A stretch of 34,667 bases of DNA from Methanobacteriota archaeon. GTDB lineage: Archaea > Thermoplasmatota > Poseidoniia > Poseidoniales > Poseidoniaceae. The notes under the pieces are model-generated. The model was given only the letters and a program-made list of their open reading frames with translations, ran no database searches and was not told the DNA's origin. The position numbers and the translations under genes were made by a program. Positions 1 through 6,827 of the stretch are shown in pieces (positions within the stretch are counted from its first letter, which is position 1; every line of letters begins with the position of its first letter). The stretch lies in contig PBSP01000065.1 in assembly GCA_002726845.1 (NCBI GenBank), positions 1 to 34,667 of the forward strand, in the 5' to 3' direction.

Positions 1-334
1 ACTCTGATGCATCTCGCTTCCACAAGCGATTTGACCAAACCTCCTTTCCTTCTTCCCAGGCAACTTCAGCTTCTCTTGCACAATGTTCGTACGCCCAAGT
101 GCGTAAACCATCGATTGAATCTACATGCCCCGGTCGATGCATTAGTACTCGACAGAGAGCATCTTCAATCACTAGGCCCGTCACTTGAGCAATCGATGAA
201 GGAGATGCAAGTCCGACTTTCCGTGTCAGATACCATTGACGAGGACATCGTAGGTATGTTGTCAGACCCGAGGCCGAAAGACGCGAACGGCTCCTGCCAA
301 GAGGCCCTCCTTTTGGTGGAACTCCTACAGGCAT
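1..334 (-). CDS. PD-(D/E)XK (RecB/Cas4/AddB-like) nuclease family protein, N-terminal fragment; gene continues beyond the left edge
   Basis: Absent from the supplied ORF track because it has no stop inside the window. My reverse-complement translation from ATG at 334 is open to position 1: MPVGVPPKGGPLGRSRSRLSASGLTTYLRCPRQWYLTRKVGLASPSSIAQVTGLVIEDALCRVLMHRPGHVDSIDGLRTWAYEHCAREAEVAWEEGKEVWSNRLWKRDASE. LSASGLTTYLRCPRQWYL resembles the S-x-L-x-x-Y-x-x-CP-[RK]-x-[FWY]-Y N-terminal motif of PDDEXK_1/Cas4/AddB nucleases. GGAGGT lies 3 nt upstream of the ATG. Co-directional with ABCE1 immediately upstream. Confidence 0.45.
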   Translation of the reverse strand, partial: MPVGVPPKGGPLGRSRSRLSASGLTTYLRCPRQWYLTRKVGLASPSSIAQVTGLVIEDALCRVLMHRPGHVDSIDGLRTWAYEHCAREAEVAWEEGKEVWSNRLWKRDASE

Positions 335-378
335 GTTACCTCCATGTGGCGATGAACTATTAGAAACCGTGACAGACT

Positions 379-2151
379 TTACTTGCTCTCAAAGGAGTAA
401 AAGTCACCTTTTTGGCGTTGCTCACGGTCTTTTCGGCTTTCTGATTTGTTGATGCGAGGCCGTTTTGAATCATGGTCGCGTCGGAACGTGACATTAACAT
501 CATTCAGGAATCGATTCATTCCATCACGCAAAGAATAGGGCCCCATTGCCTTCCCATGCAATCCGCCTTCTCCTTCAAAAACAAGTAAAGAATCGCTTAC
601 AATGTCAATGAAATATACATCATGATCGATGACAAAGGCAGATTTATCGTTGGCTTCCATTGTTCTTCGGATTGCCTTTGCAGCCTCCATTCGAGCGTTT
701 GCATCAAGATGCGCAGAGGGTTCGTCGAGCAAGTACAAATCGGCATCTCGACCCAGACAAACCGCAATCGATACCGCTTGTCGCTCACCACCTGAGAGTT
801 TCTTAACACGCTTGGGAAGAAGAGGTTCTATGCCCAAGGCGCGAATAACATTAACATTGAATTCACCGCTTCTCCAACGCATTCCAAGTTCGCTGTCGAG
901 CCACATCTGTACGGTGCAATCCAAATCGATGTCGATGTGTTGTGGTTTGTAGGAAATCTTTGCCTGTTCAGTAACCCAACCTTCATCATAGGTCAGTTCT
1001 CCTGAGAGAATTTTGATGAGTGTCGATTTTCCTGTCCCGTTCGCACCAACAACACCAACAACTTCAGATCGATGAACTGCGCCTTCATCGGTTTTGAGTT
1101 CAAAGTTACCCAACGTTTTTTCGATACCTCCCCATTGAATTACGGGAGTACCAATTTCCCCTTTCCTATCGTAGTGTTTTTGGAATTTTATCGGTTTGTC
1201 TCGAATGCGAACGTTCTCTTCGGGCAAATAACCCTCGAGATAAGCATTGATAGCGGTTCTCGTTGAACGCGCAGGTGTAAAAACCCCGAATGCACCTTTC
1301 TTTCCATAAACGATGTGAACCAAATCGGCGAGTACATCGAGCACTGCTAAATCGTGTTCTATCACAATGACACGTTTTGTTTTAGCAAGTTCTTGGACGA
1401 TTCGTACAATACGCATCCGCTCATGTATGTCAAGATAGGACGAAGGTTCGTCAAAGAAATAGACATCTGCATCTCGTAGTAACGTCGCACATATCGCCAT
1501 ACGTTGGAGTTCACCGCCCGAGAGTTGGTCAATGGTCCGGGAAAGCAAACTTCCAATTCCTGTTGCTTCAACGAGCTCGTCGAACATGTCTCGCTCATCG
1601 ACCTTGCGGAGCAACTTTTCCACGGATCCTTGAATTCGTTTTGGCAATTTGTCGATGTTTTGGGGTTTGAGTGCAACTTTGATTTCACCCTCTTTGACCG
1701 ACACGAAGAAGTCGCGTAACTCTCCTCTTGGCAGTGTCTCGATGACATCGTCCCATGTTGTGTCCTTGGATTTCCAGTCTCCCAGATTCGGTACAGAGCG
1801 ACCTGATAAAGCATTGAAAGCGGTCGATTTACCCATTCCGTTTGGGCCCAGTACGCCGACAACAGATTCTTTGGTCGGTGTCGGTAAGCGGAACAACCGA
1901 AAACCGTTCAGGCTGTAGCGATGAATCATGTCTGTATCCAATTCAGAAGGTAAGTTGATGACTTTCACAGCATCACCAGGACAGAGTTTTGCTCGAGTAA
2001 AGCAAACCGGACAAGCCGTCTCCAAGATTTTCCATTTCCCATCCGTGTACTGAATGCACTCTCCACCACACGAGCCAGCGTATTTTTGCAGGTAATCGAA
2101 TGCTGGCATGTTGGGTTTGCATCGTTCGTCGTCCAAAACTACGATGCGCAT
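379..2151 (-). CDS. abce1: ABCE1 / RNase L inhibitor homolog (ribosome recycling ATPase)
   Basis: N-terminal Cys-rich ferredoxin-like domain followed by two ABC cassettes. Walker A is GPNGMGKST and GANGTGKST, signature is LSGGELQR and LSGGERQ, Walker B is VYFFDEPSS and LYLLDEPSA. ATG 2151 sits 6 nt after GAGGA and yields MRIVVLDDERC, the usual ABCE1 N-terminus. ATG 2157 is the alternative start. Confidence 0.97.
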   Translation of the reverse strand: MRIVVLDDERCKPNMPAFDYLQKYAGSCGGECIQYTDGKWKILETACPVCFTRAKLCPGDAVKVINLPSELDTDMIHRYSLNGFRLFRLPTPTKESVVGVLGPNGMGKSTAFNALSGRSVPNLGDWKSKDTTWDDVIETLPRGELRDFFVSVKEGEIKVALKPQNIDKLPKRIQGSVEKLLRKVDERDMFDELVEATGIGSLLSRTIDQLSGGELQRMAICATLLRDADVYFFDEPSSYLDIHERMRIVRIVQELAKTKRVIVIEHDLAVLDVLADLVHIVYGKKGAFGVFTPARSTRTAINAYLEGYLPEENVRIRDKPIKFQKHYDRKGEIGTPVIQWGGIEKTLGNFELKTDEGAVHRSEVVGVVGANGTGKSTLIKILSGELTYDEGWVTEQAKISYKPQHIDIDLDCTVQMWLDSELGMRWRSGEFNVNVIRALGIEPLLPKRVKKLSGGERQAVSIAVCLGRDADLYLLDEPSAHLDANARMEAAKAIRRTMEANDKSAFVIDHDVYFIDIVSDSLLVFEGEGGLHGKAMGPYSLRDGMNRFLNDVNVTFRRDHDSKRPRINKSESRKDREQRQKGDFYSFESK

Positions 2152-2175
2152 GGTCATTCCTCGTGCTGCAAAAGG

Positions 2176-2185
2176 TTTCGATCAA
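2176..2185 (-). promoter_or_regulatory. TTGATCGAAA box upstream of abce1
   Basis: Lies 18 nt upstream of ATG 2157 (24 nt from ATG 2151), inside the 45-51 nt rpl10e-abce1 spacer. Confidence 0.25.
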
Positions 2186-2202
2186 ACAAAACCGGATGTG
2201 TC

Positions 2203-2742
2203 TCAAACAAGACCTTTCAGGTGTTCGGTTCCACGTACGACTCGGGTCGTTGTTGGTGTGGGGAACTTCATACCTGCCTTACGAAGTGCGTCTTTGGCGG
2301 TCAAGTAGTCCTTTGCATTGCAGTGGATGGAAATGATTCGCTGTCCTCGTCGAACGCGAGCTGCAGTGCCGACGTTCTTTCCAAATGCACAACGCATACC
2401 TTGAGAAACACGGTCCGCACCGGCTCCAGTCGCCTGCTTGTTCTCTCGGAGAACGTGGTGTGGGTAGGTGTGTACGCGAAGTGCGTATCCTTGTGCACCG
2501 GCTTCTTTACGGATGGTGGAGTTCGAGATAACACGAGCCGCTTCAAGCGCAGTGTGTCGAATTTGACAATTGTTGTCGGCGAGAAGTTCGAGAACAACAG
2601 GGAAGCCTCCAGTCTCTGCAGCCCGACGGTTTCCTGAGTGATAGGCTAGAATACGGTTGTTGGGGACTCCGCCAATATACTTGCGTCGGGTGTAAGCAGG
2701 TCCCTTAAGACGGCGGTACATAGATGCGGGCTTACGTGCCAT
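2203..2742 (-). CDS. rpl10e: 50S ribosomal protein L10e (uL16)
   Basis: MARKPASMYRRLKGPAYTRRKYIGGVPNNRI... matches the archaeal/eukaryotic L10e N-terminus. ATG 2742 is preceded by GGAGGA 6 nt upstream. The ORF-track start at 2787 only adds 15 non-conserved residues. Confidence 0.95.
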   Translation of the reverse strand: MARKPASMYRRLKGPAYTRRKYIGGVPNNRILAYHSGNRRAAETGGFPVVLELLADNNCQIRHTALEAARVISNSTIRKEAGAQGYALRVHTYPHHVLRENKQATGAGADRVSQGMRCAFGKNVGTAARVRRGQRIISIHCNAKDYLTAKDALRKAGMKFPTPTTTRVVRGTEHLKGLV

Positions 2743-2848
2743 GTTGAGTCCTCCAAGCATCTCTCCGACTGATGCGCCCTTTATCATCCCTCCGATGCCC
2801 TGCCAACATGAAGATGTCCCTAATCGTGCTCAAATTGATGGGAAGGAA

Positions 2849-2855
2849 CTTAATC
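2849..2855 (+). promoter_or_regulatory. CTTAATC box upstream of the 413-aa membrane protein gene
   Basis: Lies 20 nt upstream of ATG 2876. Confidence 0.25.
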
Positions 2856-2875
2856 ATTCAACGTTACCAAGGAAC

Positions 2876-4114
2876 ATGGCGAGTGGCTGGAGGAAGTTGC
2901 TCGAAGAAGAATCGGAGCATCAATGGTTAGCCATTGGCTTGTTCTTTGTCTTTATCATCATTGGTGGCTTTTTGATCGGTGGCACGAGTTCGTTAGAGGG
3001 CCTTGTTCTTGGGACAGATCCATCGGAAAATCTTGAGTTTGAAGAGGGAGTATTCCTGCTTGAGATTGGATATCACGAGGATGCTTCATGGAGTGAAGCA
3101 CACAGCGCAATCATGAGAACAGAGACTGGGTACAAAATGTATCAACAAATGGAAACCGACGATGTCGCCGATATTTTACCCCCGAACGATCCTCAAATTG
3201 AGAATGTGACATTTTTCCAACTGACAGAAGAAGGTGGTGTAGAGTATTCATCATCTTTGAACCAATTGTCGACCTACCGTAACGGGATGACGACCAACCG
3301 GGCTTTGGATGATCTAAACGACTCCGAGTTCGGTATAACGGCCATCACTGTTCATTCAATTCCAGTCGTCAATAACCGATTGATGATAACGGCTGAAGAC
3401 GGTGGTTCCGGCCTTCGAGGTTTTACCGGTACTGGATTGACCACGCCGAGTACCCCGATTGACCCCACAATCGTTTGGGATCATGTTGTTTACCTTGAAG
3501 AATCAAACTTCCTCGTCGTGGGAACATACACCGTCCAAGGGGAAGACGAAAGCCCAGCTACACCCTCAACAAGAATCGCATTCGCTCACGTTTCCTGGGA
3601 GGGGGCTACCAAAACACCTGAAATCAAGCGTCAATGGTTTGGCTCAGGAAGTGAAGTTCATTCCATTATCAGGACATCCGATGGGGGAGCAGTCGCTGCT
3701 TCAAATGAAGAGTTGTACATCGTATCCGCAGATGCTTCGGATAAAACCCACTCTTACCCTTCCAGAGTCATGGTTTACGATGATTGTCACGATAGGGTTT
3801 GGCTCTTTGGAGAACGAGGGGCCGAGACTGTATTGCGTGTTGATCTAGAAACTGAAAGCGCCTCTTCGAAAAACCTACCTTATCCACTGCCATTGCAACC
3901 GACAAGCGGGGCGGTCAACGGTGACGTTTTGATTGTTCATGGCTTTGATGCACAAGGCGAATCGGACCGAATATCGCTCGATTTAACGATTGAGGGTTCG
4001 CTCTCCTCTGGTCGAGGTTTCCTTAATTTCGGCTTTCTTGTCGTTGGTTTCATCATGCTTGTAACACAAGGGTACATGATGGTGGAGAAAGCAATACGCA
4101 CCTACAAAGCGTAA
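2876..4114 (+). CDS. hypothetical membrane-anchored protein (N- and C-terminal TM helices, large presumably extracellular middle region)
   Basis: 413 aa from ATG 2876. The ORF-track start 2741 would overlap the divergent rpl10e start. N-terminal TM is WLAIGLFFVFIIIGGFLIGG and C-terminal TM is FLNFGFLVVGFIMLV, followed by a short basic tail. No family recognised. Confidence 0.6.
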   Translation: MASGWRKLLEEESEHQWLAIGLFFVFIIIGGFLIGGTSSLEGLVLGTDPSENLEFEEGVFLLEIGYHEDASWSEAHSAIMRTETGYKMYQQMETDDVADILPPNDPQIENVTFFQLTEEGGVEYSSSLNQLSTYRNGMTTNRALDDLNDSEFGITAITVHSIPVVNNRLMITAEDGGSGLRGFTGTGLTTPSTPIDPTIVWDHVVYLEESNFLVVGTYTVQGEDESPATPSTRIAFAHVSWEGATKTPEIKRQWFGSGSEVHSIIRTSDGGAVAASNEELYIVSADASDKTHSYPSRVMVYDDCHDRVWLFGERGAETVLRVDLETESASSKNLPYPLPLQPTSGAVNGDVLIVHGFDAQGESDRISLDLTIEGSLSSGRGFLNFGFLVVGFIMLVTQGYMMVEKAIRTYKA

Positions 4115-4156
4115 GACACCGACTTTTCCGAACCTTAATCACCTCTCGTCATTAGG

Positions 4157-4163
4157 CTTAATC
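4157..4163 (+). promoter_or_regulatory. CTTAATC box upstream of mutS (second copy at 4134-4140)
   Basis: The proximal copy is 26 nt upstream of ATG 4190. The distal identical heptamer lies 23 nt further upstream. Confidence 0.3.
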
Positions 4164-4189
4164 CTGCATACTGCAGGGACGTGGTTTGG

Positions 4190-6826
4190 ATGGCAAAACG
4201 GAGCATGATGGACCAATTCCATGAGCTCAAAGAATCCAATCCAGGTACAATTCTGTTTTTCAGAATGGGTGATTTTTACGAGTTGTTTCATGAGGATGCT
4301 GAAATTGGTTCCAGCGTTCTTGGACTTGCCTTAACTTCTCGGGACAAAAACGCTGAGAAACCAATTCCTATGGCTGGTTTTCCGTGGCATCAGTTGGAGG
4401 AAAACCTTCGTGTGATGCTCCGTTCTGGTTACAAAGTAACGGTTGCCGAGCAAGAGGAAGAATTGCGGGAAGGGGCGAAATTGTTGGAGCGTGTTGTGAC
4501 GCGTATTTACACACCGGGTTCGTTGTACGAAGAGTCTTTGATCGGTTCGGATTCCTCTGCACTGCTGTGCAGTCTCATACAGACCAATGAAAGCGTGGCT
4601 GCAGCAATGATCGACGCCTCCACCGGACAAGCGTGGGCTGTGGCCTTTTCTGGCGATGAACGATGGGCTTCAATTCACGATGAGATTATGCGATGGAATC
4701 CAAGTGAGTTGGTTCTAACTCCTAAGGATTCCGAGAGCGACGAGGTTCTCCAACTTCTTGGAATGCTTGATTCCATTGTTGTGAGTCAACACCAGGTTCA
4801 ACCAAAACGTGCATCTAAACGCCTCAAGGAGATGTTGGAAGTAAACGATTTGGGCCATCTTGACCTTGGACAATCCCCAGAAGCATTGCAAGCGACTGCT
4901 CTCGCTGCGGATTATTTAGCATCGGTTCATCGGCATGACGATATTGCAATCCGAGATGTTGAAATTCAAGAAACCTCAGAGGGAATGGTCCTTGATCAAA
5001 CCACACTGCGTAATCTTGAGGTAACGCACACACTTGCAGGAGAATACGAAGGCTCTCTGCTTTGGGCGATGAACAAATGCAGGACTGCAATGGGCCGCAG
5101 ATGCCTCAAATCATGGTTACTCCGCCCGCTCTCAAACTCCGATGCGATACAAGCACGTCACGCTTCGGTCGGTGCTCTCATGCGCTCATCGAAGCGTCTC
5201 GATCAATTGCGTGATCGGCTGAAAGGGATGCTCGATTTGGAACGGCTTTCAACGCAATTGAAGTACAATCGATCAAATGCAAGAGATTTGCTTGCTACTG
5301 CCAATGCAATTGAACGCTTTCCTGCGATACAACGCTTGTGCCAGGAAACCGAAGACGGACTCCTCAACCACCTCGTAGAAGACCTTCACCTGCTTTCTGA
5401 TGTCGCAGAAGACATTCATCGAACTCTCCTCGATAACCCCTCACTAGGTCTGCGTGATGGTGGAATCATTCGTCAGGGAGTTGATGAAGAACTCGATCGA
5501 TATCGTAATGCTTCAAACGAAGGGCATAGTTGGTTTTCCAATCTAGAATCTTCGCTACGCAGTGAGCTTAAGATTCCAAGTCTTAAAGTGCGAATGAACA
5601 GGCAAATCGGTTGGTTTATCGAAGTAACAGCAACCCATGCTGATAAGGTTCCTGAAGAGTGGACACGTAAACAACAGATGACCAATGGCAACCGCTACGT
5701 TACCGACGAATTGCGTCAACAAGATGATCTTCTTCTTACATCAGAAAGCAAATCCAAAGGAATTGAGTACACGTTGTTTTGTTCCCTCCGAGAACGGGTT
5801 CGAAAGCATGCAAACCATCTCTCTCAAATCGCTTCAAAAGTAGCGGCAATCGATGTGTTGCAATGTTTTGCTTCAACTGCTAGACAACGTTCGTGGGTAA
5901 AGCCTGTGTTGACCACAGGGCGCTCGATGAAGTTGCAGCAAGCCCGTCACCCTGTGCTTGAGGCCCAACAAGGATTTGTTCCAAACGACGTTTCAATGGA
6001 TGAAAAACGTCATTTCTTGTTGATAACGGGGCCGAATATGGGTGGAAAATCGACGTATTTGCGAACCGTCGGTTTGGTCAGTATTCTCGCCCAATCGGGA
6101 TCCTTTGTCCCTGCAGAGAAGGCCCGAATCGGATTGATTGATCGCATTTTTACTCGAGTTGGAGCCAGTGATGATCTACGTCGAGGACGTTCAACGTTCA
6201 TGATGGAAATGATAGAAGTGGCTCACATCCTACGTCGAGCAACCTCAAATTCATTGCTTCTCCTTGATGAAATTGGTCGCGGAACCTCGACTTTCGACGG
6301 TTTATCCATCGCTTGGGCGGTGACAGAGGATGTTGGCAACCGAATCGGTGCACGCAGTCTTTTCGCTACGCACTATCATCAGTTGGTTGGTCTTGAGTCA
6401 GAGGTCAAGGGTTTTGCGAACGTACACGTCCAAGTCGCTCAGCAAGACGGTGTGCTTCGCTTCTTACACACGGTCGCTGATGGGCCTTGCGATGAATCCT
6501 ATGGTGTTCAAGTCGCTGCTTTGGCGGGCCTTCCTCGCAACGTTGTCGAACGAGCAACGGATCTTCTTGCCTTCCTTGAGCGACAAGCTCAGGGCGCAAA
6601 GGCTGGACGAGACGGTGCCCCAACCACCCGCGCAGCTGGGCAATCTTCCCTGTTGGGATATTTTGCAGCAGCAGCAATGCAAACTCATGATTCTGCACCA
6701 CCTGCCCTGTCGGAAATCCAAGAAGAAGTACTTTCCACACTCTCTGCGCTTAACCTTGACGAACTTTCACCACGTGATGCTTTCATGTTGATTGAGCGCT
6801 TGCACAACCGATTGGAGGAGGATTGA
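4190..6826 (+). CDS. mutS: DNA mismatch repair protein MutS (bacterial MutS1 type)
   Basis: Mismatch-recognition motif GDFYELF (Phe-x-Glu), Walker A GPNMGGKST, Walker B LLLLDEIGRGTST, FATHYH, and about 880 aa. ATG 4190 (MAKRSMMDQF) is preferred over GTG 4181 listed in the track. Confidence 0.97.
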   Translation: MAKRSMMDQFHELKESNPGTILFFRMGDFYELFHEDAEIGSSVLGLALTSRDKNAEKPIPMAGFPWHQLEENLRVMLRSGYKVTVAEQEEELREGAKLLERVVTRIYTPGSLYEESLIGSDSSALLCSLIQTNESVAAAMIDASTGQAWAVAFSGDERWASIHDEIMRWNPSELVLTPKDSESDEVLQLLGMLDSIVVSQHQVQPKRASKRLKEMLEVNDLGHLDLGQSPEALQATALAADYLASVHRHDDIAIRDVEIQETSEGMVLDQTTLRNLEVTHTLAGEYEGSLLWAMNKCRTAMGRRCLKSWLLRPLSNSDAIQARHASVGALMRSSKRLDQLRDRLKGMLDLERLSTQLKYNRSNARDLLATANAIERFPAIQRLCQETEDGLLNHLVEDLHLLSDVAEDIHRTLLDNPSLGLRDGGIIRQGVDEELDRYRNASNEGHSWFSNLESSLRSELKIPSLKVRMNRQIGWFIEVTATHADKVPEEWTRKQQMTNGNRYVTDELRQQDDLLLTSESKSKGIEYTLFCSLRERVRKHANHLSQIASKVAAIDVLQCFASTARQRSWVKPVLTTGRSMKLQQARHPVLEAQQGFVPNDVSMDEKRHFLLITGPNMGGKSTYLRTVGLVSILAQSGSFVPAEKARIGLIDRIFTRVGASDDLRRGRSTFMMEMIEVAHILRRATSNSLLLLDEIGRGTSTFDGLSIAWAVTEDVGNRIGARSLFATHYHQLVGLESEVKGFANVHVQVAQQDGVLRFLHTVADGPCDESYGVQVAALAGLPRNVVERATDLLAFLERQAQGAKAGRDGAPTTRAAGQSSLLGYFAAAAMQTHDSAPPALSEIQEEVLSTLSALNLDELSPRDAFMLIERLHNRLEED

Positions 6827-6827
6827 G

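Noticed and set aside
7-363. Plus-strand 118-aa ORF listed in the track
   Set aside because: It has no recognisable motif or ribosome-binding site and opposes the local gene orientation. The minus strand across the same bases encodes a motif-bearing nuclease N-terminus with an SD, so this is most likely an antisense shadow ORF.
2086-2637. 183-aa plus-strand ORF spanning the abce1 start and rpl10e
   Set aside because: It crosses two confidently called minus-strand genes and their spacer. The Cys/Ser/Val-rich sequence has no motif.
4000-4114. PGF-CTERM/archaeosortase-type sorting signal at the C-termini of the 413-aa and 675-aa envelope proteins (GRGF..TM..basic; GGF..TM..RRRK)
   Set aside because: Neither has the Pro-Gly-Phe tripeptide. 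The 675-aa protein continues about 20 residues past the basic cluster, and there is no Thr/Ser-rich linker. A plain C-terminal membrane anchor explains both.
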